From the NCBI GenBank assembly GCA_951406725.2, contig OX597821.1, positions 104,842,001-104,906,000 of the forward strand: a stretch of 64,000 bases of DNA, in the 5' to 3' direction. The DNA is from Octopus vulgaris (Eukaryota). Positions 1-11,083 of the stretch are shown one piece after another. The notes beneath the pieces are model-generated. The model saw only the letters and a program-made list of their open reading frames with translations, was not told the origin of the DNA and searched no databases. A program made the translations under genes and the position numbers. Each line of letters opens with the position of its first letter. The stretch's first letter is position 1.

Positions 1-500
1 AAAAGACAATATAAAGAAAAAAGTAAATACGACACACAAGTATAAAACAAACACACAAACTTACACATAAGGGTCCACCATCATACGCGAAGATACATAC
101 GCAACACAACAAAGAGAAATAATACATTTACAAGCAGATACTTCATAACGATATGAAAAAAGCGCAACGGTGAATGCAAAGGAATAATAGAGTTACACTC
201 CAGTAATCTGACCAATGAAATGTTGCAGAGGAGAACAAGTTGCTATGAGGTGCCAGGCTCAATCTCCTTACATGACACCTTGAGCAGTATTCATTTTCCG
301 AAGACTCTGGCCAGAGCACAATTTGTAAATGTGATTGCATGTACAGGTCCCTCGAGTGATGGTATCTGTTATACAAAAGATCTGATGTTCACAGTGCTTT
401 ATGTTTCTTCTCCGTACATACATGCTTTCGCATACATACGATCAAGCTTATACAAACACACACGCATATGCGTATGCACACGCACACACACATATATATA

Positions 501-737
501 TATTTCTTTATAACCCACAAGGGGCTAAACATAGAAGGGACAAACAAATGGATTAAGGGACAGACAAATTGATTAAATCGATTGCATCGACCCCAGTGCG
601 TGGATGGTACTTAATTTATCGACCCCGAAAGGATGAAAGGCAAAGTCGACCTCGGCGGAATTTGAACTCAGTACGTAACGACAGACAAAATACTGCTAAG
701 CATGTCGCCCGGCGCGCTAACGTTTCTGCCAGCTCGC
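501..737 (-). mobile_element. tRNA-derived SINE, family A (MetaSINE-like central domain)
   Basis: Reverse strand reads GAGCTGGCAGAAACGTTAG (A-box-like) ... GAGTTCAAATTCCGCC (B-box-like) ... GCCTTTCATCCTTTCGGGGTCGATAAATTAAGTACC. More than 10 related copies occur in this window. The superfamily name comes from recalled similarity only. Confidence 0.8.
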
Positions 738-1188
738 GCACACTCATACATATAGCCGTGGTACATTTATTAACGTCTCTCTGCGTACAGTTAACAACAC
801 AAGTATGAGTAGACGTAATGCGAAGCGTACAGACTGCAAGATAGTTATGAATACAAAAGTCATAATACACACTGACAGTCCCTATCAATTTATTGAAACA
901 GAAATCCACGGTAGCCAATTCGACCGGAAGTTTTATCAATTGCTCTATGTTCTATGTATTTTTCCGAGTTCTCTACGTATCTGTCATGATGTGTGTTCCG
1001 TAGGCCGACGAGTCACTAGCATAAAAATAATTTCGAATATAGGTTTAATATAAACAATATTTTTTGTGAATATAGTAACGTGAATTGTTTGACAACATAT
1101 CTATAAGGAAAATGACATCGAAAGTTAAAGCAGGTAAATTCTCTCTCCCTGTATTCTGCGTGTCTGCCTGCCTTTCTCTTTCTCTCCC

Positions 1189-1208
1189 TATATATATATA
1201 TATATACG

Positions 1209-1257
<49 letters not shown>

Positions 1258-1333
1258 GATATATATATATACATATATATATATACATATATACATGTAT
1301 ATATATATATATATACTTATATATATATATATG

Positions 1334-1417
<84 letters not shown>

Positions 1418-1504
1418 CGTATGTACATCTATACATATATATATACATGAACATATATATATATATTATATATATATATCTATATGTATGTATATAAGTG
1501 CATA

Positions 1505-1565
<61 letters not shown>

Positions 1566-1580
1566 TGTGTGCGTGTGTGA
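1189..1580. repeat. (TA)n/(TG)n microsatellite
   Basis: Directly visible dinucleotide tract. Confidence 0.95.
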
Positions 1581-1904
1581 GTGTGTACGTAACTGTGTCG
1601 AACAATGAGAACAATGAGGCTCCAACCACACAACACAACATCAATCATTAAACGTTTAGTTAATAACAGTGGCTGTAGCGTCTGCAATCTATCCACCGAT
1701 AAAAACACTTTTTAAAACGTCTCCGCATATCATAATGTGGTATTAGAAAGATCCAACTTGAAGATTAGCCTTGAGGAGCCATATGCAGATAGACGAAGAG
1801 AAGACGCACTCTGAGGACAATATTATGGCTTCTCCTCCTAATAGTATAAATGTAAACCCTAATATAACTAGGAAATTCTTAAAATTAATAGAATATAGGG
1901 AATG

Positions 1905-2330
1905 ATAATAATAATAATAAAATTATTTTATACAGTGCTCAGGTGCACCACAACTTGTCAAAAGTGCGTATAAAACATGAAGTAATGTATAAATGTCTGG
2001 AAAGCGAACGGTGTATGAGTCAGATACATGCATGCGTGTGTATGGAGGGGAGAAAATTAGGTGTAGTTTTAGCGAATCTCAGGAAGCATGGAGATTTTGA
2101 AGGAGGCAGTGCTCCGACAACTAACAACTGATGCCGGCAGTTTGTTTTAAGATTTGCCGGCAGCAAATCTTAAACGTGAGAAAATATTTCCGAAAGTCAT
2201 GGAAGCTGTGCTGTTTTCTGACTTTGTAAACATTGCCACGGGTATTAGACAGGTGGAGTTTGAAAAGATGCTCAGAGTTATTGTTAGTAAGATGGTTAAT
2301 GATTTTGCCTGTCAAGTCAGCTGCCAGACG
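1905..2330 (-). mobile_element. 3' end of a CR1-clade LINE (ORF2 C-terminus, 3'UTR and (TTA)n tail), degenerate
   Basis: Minus-strand peptide RLAADL..KIINHLTNNNSEHLFKLHLSNTRGNVYKVRKQHSFHDFRKYFLT..NKLPASVV matches the typical CR1 ORF2 end (TRG...R..FF..R...WN.LP). Confidence 0.75.
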
Positions 2331-2627
2331 TGATGTGATATTGCAGAATGCATTGGTGTATATTAATTTATAACAGTCTCTGAAATGAAAGAATAATATG
2401 AAATGCTTCAGTCGTATGAAAATTACATTACTTAAATGAATGGATGTATCGCTAGACAAGTATAATGATGTAGAGATATAAAATACTAAAAAATATAAAA
2501 ATGATTCTCAAAATTGGGTGATGATTTTAAGATGCTATATGATTATTTACGGTGAAATGCAAAGTAGGACGGGCGAAACGTCGTGCCTGTGGACAGGACA
2601 TTTCAAAACGCGCAAGAAATTAGATAT

Positions 2628-2879
<252 letters not shown>

Positions 2880-4037
2880 TTGAGTAACCAGCTCTTTCCA
2901 ATTGGTCTGAAAAAAAAGGCGATGCAATCGATGTTTATATTAAATTTACCATGTTTTCAACCAAGACATATGTACAAAGAGTTAATCTATTTACACATCA
3001 GCTGTTTGGGCATTTGCCCAAAATTTTGCCATATCCTGGAGAAGGACGATATCTATAGCCGCAGGAATGGTGTCATGAGTCCAGTTCTCACATACGCATT
3101 TATTACAACAGCCGATGAATTAATAAAGTATTCCTCAACGTGAAATAGCATAAGCTAACATACACCGATGCCAGTGCGTAAACTATGAATTGGTATACTG
3201 TACTGGCTAGCAGCTTTTAGAGGTAACTCCATGAAATATTCATTCCTAAGAATCAATAAACGCTGTTGGTGATGAGTGAGAACTTCTTTATTACCCTGCA
3301 GAAATTTAAAATTCATTGGAACATTCAGGTCTCCGCCATAGAAAATTCGGTTAAAAAATGAGATTCCTAAGAGAGCGGACGCAATTTATATCCTACGTGT
3401 ATCTGTAATAGACTGGCGGCTGAACATTTTATGATGGATATCATCGACATTAGTATTCTGACTGAGTGCACCAGAGTGACAAAACATCTTACACTCTAAT
3501 AAACAACTAGGCATTTTGTATTTAGTCTTTTCCAGTTAGCCGCAAACCTAAGCTTTGACATGGTAGTCAATGCTTTGTAATCGGGGATATTGACATTTCC
3601 TGAATCGTATAATAAATAATGTTGTTTTTATACAGCGTATTTACGTGCTGGAATCCTCCATAATATCTTCATTTACTTCTGTATAAATATTTAGTTTTCT
3701 CAGGAGGTGATAGTGACACAGCTTTTAAGACTGTGACGGACGTTATTATATACACTTAGGCATCATATAATATATAAATTTTGCTATTTATGATGAGTAA
3801 TTCCTACTACATGCGTATTTCATTGACCTAAGTGACATTCTGACACCCGCACCGTTCTTTGATTACTTAATTTTCAGTTTGATTTTCCAGAATATAATAA
3901 TTTCAGGTCTAATTATATTGGCCCCAGAATGAATTACAAATGAAAGAGAAGAGTATTTGCATGTAGGTAATACGTTGTTGGTATTTAACATAATTTAATT
4001 AGGTATATGAAATTTACAATCTTAAATTAATAAACGT

Positions 4038-4349
4038 GAAGACACATGGCCTATTGGTTAGAGCAGCGGACTCGCGGTCAAGGGATGGCGGTTTTGAATC
4101 TCAGACCGGGTGATGCGTCTGTTTATGAGTGCAGCACCTAAGCTCCACGCGGCTCTAGCAGAAGGTAATAGCGAACTTTGGCTGACACTTTCACCACAAC
4201 TTTCTCTCACTCTTTCCTCCTGCATCTAGCAGCTCACCTGCAATGAACCGGCGTCCCGTCCAGGTGGGGAACCTATACGCCAAGGAAACCGGGAAACCGG
4301 CCCTTATGAGCCAGGCGTGGCTCGAGAAGGAACAAACAATAACAACAAA
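4038..4349 (+). mobile_element. tRNA-derived SINE, family B, apparently full length
   Basis: tRNA-like head TGGCCTATTGGTTAGAGCAGCGGACTCGCGGTC...GGTTTTGAATCTC, a body shared with the copies at 21339 and 34713, and an (ACA)-rich tail. Confidence 0.75.
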
Positions 4350-4367
4350 TTAATAAACACATTTTTA

Positions 4368-4579
4368 TCATTGGTTTCTAATCTGGCAGAAGGCCAGCAA
4401 TTACGGGGGCGATGCAAGTCTATTATATTTATGCCACTGCTCAACTGGTACTCATTTTCTCGAGAACGTAAGGATGAAAGGCAAAGTTGACCTCGGTGGA
4501 ATCTGAAATCAGAACCTAAAAACAGACAAATACCACTAAGCATTTTGCCAGGCGCGCTAACCATTCTGCTAGCTCGCCG
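4368..4579 (-). mobile_element. SINE family A, diverged copy
   Basis: aggatgaaaggcaaagttgacctcggtggaatctgaa...gcgcgctaaccattctgctagctcgcc is homologous to 501-737. Confidence 0.75.
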
Positions 4580-4876
4580 GTTTAAATATATAATTAATGT
4601 TGAGTACCAATAATTAGCACGGTGCATTACATGCAGAATTACTGCAAATGTAATATACTACTTATTACTCTAAGAGGAATGAAATCATGTTTTATTAAAC
4701 TAATTGCATTCGTGAGTATGTGTCCAGAATTATGCATGTATGGGCACCAATAAAATTGTGCTTCGCTGTGGACTATCTATATGAGTTTATGTATGAACAC
4801 ACATTTATATAAATATATACATACATACACACGCACATATATATATATATATACGTGTGTGTGAGTGTGTGTGTGC

Positions 4877-4910
<34 letters not shown>

Positions 4911-4925
4911 GTGTGTGTGTGTTGC

Positions 4926-4961
<36 letters not shown>

Positions 4962-7255
4962 GCATTGAATGTAAAAGCAGTCGCAAATCGAAACGTGTGC
5001 TTGTGAGTGTGCACGTGCGTTTATGTGTGTTAGCGATCCTGTGTGTTTAGTGAAACATTGTACATGTAAAGAGGTTCCCGTTTTCATTCAGTATTCAAAC
5101 CAATTATTTTTGCGAATTTACTGTAAGCAATAAATTAATTAAAATATTCTATAGACGTACTTTTACTATTTTATGAAAATATCTCACACAATATGTTAAT
5201 GCATCTACTCCATAGCAAATTAACGCTCACCTACTAAACTAAAATATCGATATTGATATTCCTGAGTGGTTTACTGTAGACTAGATAGAACTAAACAGAT
5301 AGTTTCAGTATGAAATTTGAATTGCATATAAATTGTAATCCTTTTTAATTTCGTTTTTTAATGAGAACTGAAGTTTACAATAAAATATCTGAGGAATGAG
5401 TTAAACAACATTTGGCCTGTACCTTTTCACTCATTATGTCACTACGAGAGATTTTTTAAAAGAATAACTCTTAAAATAAATCCGTATTTATTATCTGAAT
5501 ATAGGCATTCCCGATTCGTGCCCTGATAATCAATTGCTATATTTTATACATAAATATATATTACATTGGCAACGAATATATAATAATGAAATAACTGTTT
5601 GATATATCTAATATTATGAATAAATTAAATTATATTTATACACGTTCTGGATACTGCGGTATTCACTTTAAAATTCAGTTATATTTCATGTGCGCATTGG
5701 GAAAAGTCATAGAAAATATGTATGGAAATTAATATCCGCACATCATAAAAACGCAAACAAACATTAAACTCTATGACTGCTACACATATTACACTATGTA
5801 ACAAATTTCAACTCATATACTTCAACAAAAATGTGAACTACTTTATGCTATCAAATAGGTGAAGCAAAATCCTGATCTCGTAAACATAATTCCAAATCAT
5901 CTCTTCGTTTGGACTTGACAAATATATTGCAGTTTTAAATGTGATTAGTAGCAAAGGTACGTATCCATTCATTTATTTTTGTGTAAACAGTTATCATTAT
6001 TGTACAGCACAAAACAAACGAAACTTTATTTGAGCTTTGCAATAAAGTATCGGTGCTGCGAATGACATATACTACAGGTAAGAAAAGCTGTTATGCTGAA
6101 ATTCACTGCGCAGAGCATATAAGTTCTGTTGAGTTTTCGCCCAGTTTCCTTTATCAAAATGTAAACAAAACTTTTGTTAGATTTCAGCAATGAAGCCGTA
6201 ATTCTGTTTGTTGGGTGTTTCATAATAGAACAAAATATGTCTGGGGAAATACAGAATCACTTTTATTTGAAGCCGTTCTGAAATGTAACTTGGTGGTACG
6301 CCACCGTTTCACATAAAGACAATATGTATTGATTTTTTTTTATGTATGAATAAAAAAAACTGGAAATTAATTTTTGAAAATCTAAACGCCATAGAAACAT
6401 TTTCAATATAGATTCAAAATCCGTGTACCAAAAATAGCTAAGAGCACCTAAATGTCTTTGTATAAAAAAAATTTGTTTTCTTATATTATTCAAATGAAAA
6501 TTTTAAACAACATTTCCAACAGCCCTTTCACGAAAAAAGATTGGTCTGTAATTAACTTCTATATTATTCTCAATTAATAGAAAATAACAAAAACGTGTAT
6601 ATGTCTCTAAGTCATTAGTTTCACGCGCCCACACATACGTGCATTTAAGTATAAATATGTGTGTATATGTGTATACATATATGTATATGTGTAAACATAT
6701 ATATGTACGTATGTGTATGTATGTGGGTGGGTGAATATATCTATGAATGTATATAGATTTATTTACCTTAACTTATTTTTGAATGTTTACATACAATTCT
6801 TAACCTAAAACTGAATCACACTTAATGTTCGCTATGCTTTCGATGTGCAAAATTGACTGATATAAAACACCATAGAAATACCGTCCTCTATGAGGAATGT
6901 ATCTTAGTATATTGGTTTCAAAGTTTGGGATATGGCCAGCAATTTAGGGGTCACTGAATTACATCGATTAATGTGTATTTTTGTATATTAAAGAAAGATA
7001 ACCTAAATGTTCTGTCCGTCTTAGGACATCTACATACGCTGCATTTTATATGGTAAATCGAAGCTTTCTTGGGTCTCACCCTGTACTCATCCATGTCGGA
7101 GTACAATATCAACACAAATCTACCAAATCTTGCATTATAATCAACCGGTTTGTGATGTAAAGTGTTGTCTTACAAGAAAATATTGACTCAACGCCACTGA
7201 CGAAGATGATAAATGTCGATATATGCAAAGGATTAAAGCTGTCAGAACTTATTGC

Positions 7256-7303
<48 letters not shown>

Positions 7304-7426
7304 CAATTTAGGAGTGACCTTAACAGGCCATTCGTCCACCAGAAAGAGCAGCCAATAACTCACACCGCCAAGTAGTAGTAATTCAGAAATTAGGTGAAAA
7401 TTTAAAAACATTTACCCTAATTCATC

Positions 7427-7524
7427 TGTTAGACGATGCATCGTTTCTGTGTTATTAATGATTAAATTAGCTTAATTAAATTAAATTAAGCTAATCTACC
7501 ATAGGTCACACTTCATCAGTAAAA
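7427..7524 (-). ncRNA. type I hammerhead ribozyme, unit 1 (one stem I mismatch)
   Basis: Minus strand: UUUUA-CUGAUGA-A-[GUGU...ACAC]-A-GAAA-CGAUGCAUC-GUC-UAACA. Confidence 0.7.
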
Positions 7525-7895
7525 AACCTGGGAGAGACAAATATACACGAGGCGTCTGTATCGATGCCTCCGGAATATCTGTCTTAAAATTTTCAAGACT
7601 GACGTATTCGCGCCAAACTTATCAGCAGTAAATATAAACTGCCGATTCAATGTCAGAATTATTCAGAAAATTATCAGTCAATTTAGGGTAGCAAAAAAGT
7701 CAATAGAAATTTATCGCTACCAGCGGCCTAGTGGAAAAGAGAAAATAGTCAAAGACTAAATATATAAATATAACAATTTAGGAGTGACCTTAACAGGCCA
7801 TTCGTCCACCAGAAAGAGCAGCCATAACTCACACCACCAAGTAGTAGTAATTCAGAAATTAGGTGAAAATTTAAAAACATTTACCCTAATTCATC

Positions 7896-7993
7896 TTTTA
7901 GACGATGCATCGTTTCTGTGTTATTAATGATTAAATTAGCTTAATTAAATTAAATTAAGCTAATCTACCATAGGTCACACTTCATCAGTAAAA
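7896..7993 (-). ncRNA. type I hammerhead ribozyme, unit 2
   Basis: Minus strand: UUUUA-CUGAUGA-A-GUGUGACCUAUGGUAGAUUAGCUUAAUUUAAUUUAAUUAAGCUAAUUUAAUCAUUAAUAACAC-A-GAAA-CGAUGCAUC-GUC-UAAAA. Stem I is UUUUA/UAAAA and stem III is the palindrome ACGAUGCAUCGU. Predicted cleavage falls between 7901 and 7900. Confidence 0.8.
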
Positions 7994-8368
7994 AACCTGG
8001 GAGAGACAAATATACACGAGGCGTCTGTATCGATGCCTCCGGAATATCTGTCTTAAAATTTTCAAGACTGACGTATTCGCGCCAAACTTATCAGCAGTAA
8101 ATATAAACTGCCGATTCAATCTCAGAATTATTCAGAAAATTATCAATTAGTCAATTTAGGGTAGCAAAAAATTCAATAGAAATTTATCGCTACCAGCGGC
8201 CTAGTGGAAAAGAGAAAATAGTCAAAGACTAAATATATAAATATAACAATTTAGGAGTGACCTTAACAGGCCATTCGTCCACCAGAAAGAGCAGCCATAA
8301 CTCACACCGCCAAGTAGTAGTAATTCAGAAATTAGGTGAAAATTTAAAAACATTTACCCTAATTCATC

Positions 8369-8466
8369 TTTTAGACGATGCATCGTTTCTGTGTTATTAA
8401 TGATTAAATTAGCTTAATTAAATTAAATTAAGCTAATCTACCATAGGTCACACTTCATCAGTAAAA
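8369..8466 (-). ncRNA. type I hammerhead ribozyme, unit 3
   Basis: Same motif as unit 2. Confidence 0.8.
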
Positions 8467-8837
8467 AACCTGGGAGAGACAAATATACACGAGGCGTCTG
8501 TATCGATGCCTCCGGAATATCTGTCTTAAAATTTTCAAGACTGACGTATTCGCGCCAAACTTATCAGCAGTAAATATAAACTGCCGATTCAATGTCAGAA
8601 TTATTCAGAAAATTATCAGTCAATTTAGGGTAGCAAAAAAGTCAATAGAAATTTATCGCTACCAGCGGCCTATTGGAAAAGAGAAAATAGTCAAAGACTA
8701 AATATATAAATATAACAATTTAGGAGTGACCTTAACAGGCCATTCGTCCACCAGAAAGAGCAGCCATAACTCACACCGCCAAGTAGTAGTAATTCAGAAA
8801 TTAGGTGAAAATTTAAAAACATTTACCCTAATTCATC

Positions 8838-8935
8838 TTTTAGACGATGCATCGTTTCTGTGTTATTAATGATTAAATTAGCTTAATTAAATTAAATTAA
8901 GCTAATCTACCATAGGTCACACTTCATCAGTAAAA
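8838..8935 (-). ncRNA. type I hammerhead ribozyme, unit 4
   Basis: Same motif as unit 2. Confidence 0.8.
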
Positions 8936-9310
8936 AACCTGGGAGAGACAAATATACACGAGGCGTCTGTATCGATGCCTCCGGAATATCTGTCTTAAAA
9001 TTTTCAAGACTGACGTATTCGCGCCAAACTTATCAGCAGTAAATATAAACTGCCGATTCAATCTCAGAATTATTCAGAAAATTATCAATTAGTCAATTTA
9101 GGGTAGCAAAAAATTCAATAGAAATTTATCGCTACCAGCGGCCTAGTGGAAAAGAGAAAATAGTCAAAGACTAAATATATAAATATAACAATTTAGGAGT
9201 GACCTTAACAGGCCATTCGTCCACCAGAAAGAGCAGCCATAACTCACACCGCCAAGTAGTAGTAATTCAGAAATTAGGTGAAAATTTAAAAACATTTACC
9301 CTAATTCATC

Positions 9311-9408
9311 TTTTAGACGATGCATCGTTTCTGTGTTATTAATGATTAAATTAGCTTAATTAAATTAAATTAAGCTAATCTACCATAGGTCACACTTCAT
9401 CAGTAAAA
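9311..9408 (-). ncRNA. type I hammerhead ribozyme, unit 5
   Basis: Same motif as unit 2. Confidence 0.8.
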
Positions 9409-9783
9409 AACCTGGGAGAGACAAATATACACGAGGCGTCTGTATCGATGCCTCCGGAATATCTGTCTTAAAATTTTCAAGACTGACGTATTCGCGCCAA
9501 ACTTATCAGCAGTAAATATAAACTGCCGATTCAATCTCAGAATTATTCAGAAAATTATCAATTAGTCAATTTAGGGTAGCAAAAAATTCAATAGAAATTT
9601 ATCGCTACCAGCGGCCTAGTGGAAAAGAGAAAATAGTCAAAGACTAAATATATAAATATAACAATTTAGGAGTGACCTTAACAGGCCATTCGTCCACCAG
9701 AAAGAGCAGCCATAACTCACACCGCCAAGTAGTAGTAATTCAGAAATTAGGTGAAAATTTAAAAACATTTACCCTAATTCATC

Positions 9784-9881
9784 TTTTAGACGATGCATCG
9801 TTTCTGTGTTATTAATGATTAAATTAGCTTAATTAAATTAAATTAAGCTAATCTACCATAGGTCACACTTCATCAGTAAAA
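9784..9881 (-). ncRNA. type I hammerhead ribozyme, unit 6
   Basis: Same motif as unit 2. Confidence 0.8.
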
Positions 9882-10256
9882 AACCTGGGAGAGACAAATA
9901 TACACGAGGCGTCTGTATCGATGCCTCCGGAATATCTGTCTTAAAATTTTCAAGACTGACGTATTCGCGCCAAACTTATCAGCAGTAAATATAAACTGCC
10001 GATTCAATCTCAGAATTATTCAGAAAATTATCAATTAGTCAATTTAGGGTAGCAAAAAATTCAATAGAAATTTATCGCTACCAGCGGCCTAGTGGAAAAG
10101 AGAAAATAGTCAAAGACTAAATATATAAATATAACAATTTAGGAGTGACCTTAACAGGCCATTCGTCCACCAGAAAGAGCAGCCATAACTCACACCGCCA
10201 AGTAGTAGTAATTCAGAAATTAGGTGAAAATTTAAAAACATTTACCCTAATTCATC

Positions 10257-10354
10257 TTTTAGACGATGCATCGTTTCTGTGTTATTAATGATTAAATTAG
10301 CTTAATTAAATTAAATTAAGCTAATCTACCATAGGTCACACTTCATCAGTAAAA
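10257..10354 (-). ncRNA. type I hammerhead ribozyme, unit 7
   Basis: Same motif as unit 2. Confidence 0.8.
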
Positions 10355-10542
10355 AACCTGGGAGAGACAAATATACACGAGGCGTCTGTATCGATGCCTC
10401 CGGAATATCTGTCTTAAAATTTTCAAGACTGACGTATTCGCGCCAAACTTATCAGCAGTAAATATAAACTGCCGATTCAATCTCAGAATTATTCAGAAAA
10501 TTATCAATTAGTCAATTTAGGGTAGCAAAAAATTCAATAGAA

Positions 10543-10589
<47 letters not shown>

Positions 10590-10592
10590 TAT

Positions 10593-11083
10593 GGCTGAAG
10601 CGGGAAGAACGAAAATGGCTTGAAAGTCATAACATGCCGGCGGGAAATAACATCACTAGGTGAGACCAGCTTACACTGAATCAGCTTCGCTGACTGACAG
10701 GTGACGGTCGTTTAGTGAATGCGCGGGCTAAAACTACGCGCCTTCACTAGTCAGTTAAGGTGAGACAGTGTCACGTGACAACTTGCTGGGGCTGCCTGAT
10801 GGAGCTTTGCCGCAGGTATTTAAAAGGAAAATTTTGACAAGTCAGTCAGTCACCGGCTGCCACTCACTGACGATACATCGAAGAGGCCAGGGAATAGAAG
10901 AAAGAAGACATGCACCCAACACCAGAGCTGAAGACACCTCCGAAAGGTGGGGGCGCCACGTCAAAACGGTAGAGGAGTAGGGGCCGAAACCGGATGTGGT
11001 TCCTCCTGATGATGTCTTGAGCTAACTGGATCCTAATAAAGGAGCTGTTGCGGTAGCAGACCACGAAACACGGTTGTAATTCC
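10593..11083 (+). mobile_element. Unclassified GC-richer element of about 490 bp between TA tracts (LTR-like signals, candidate type III hammerhead)
   Basis: Sharp compositional change bounded by TA repeats, with TATA-like TATTTAAAAGG (about 10817), AATAAA (11035), CTGATGA (11006) and GAAAC (11065). Confidence 0.45.

Larger units (their letters stand above)
7301..10547 (-). repeat. Tandem array of 469-473 bp units (about 6.9 copies), each with a hammerhead ribozyme; putative non-LTR retrozyme
   Basis: The unit start taacaatttaggagtgacc occurs at 7301, 7771, 8244, 8713, 9186, 9659 and 10132. Units are nearly identical and the last is truncated at about 10547. Both flanks are (TA)n and there is no long ORF. 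Confidence 0.95.

Noticed and set aside
1016-1708. Many overlapping ORFs rich in YI, HT, CV or poly-I/L/S/N, here and throughout the window
   Set aside because: They are translations of microsatellites that lack stop codons, with no coding signal.
6008-6077. Possible small host exon (tacag|...CAG|gtaaga, open frame HKTNETLFELCNKVSVLRMTYTT)
   Set aside because: There is no recognisable homology or partner exon, and such splice-like signals arise by chance in 64 kb.
7194-7230. CTGACGAAGATGATAAATGTCGATA upstream of the array as a hammerhead
   Set aside because: It lacks GAAA and stems I and III, so it is too degenerate to call.
7301-10547. Array as CRISPR, 5S/snRNA/spliced-leader gene cluster, or protein-coding repeat
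   Set aside because: There are no variable spacers, no recognisable 5S or snRNA sequence, and no ORF across units. The only ORF (7109-7411) depends on a private indel and the TA tract.
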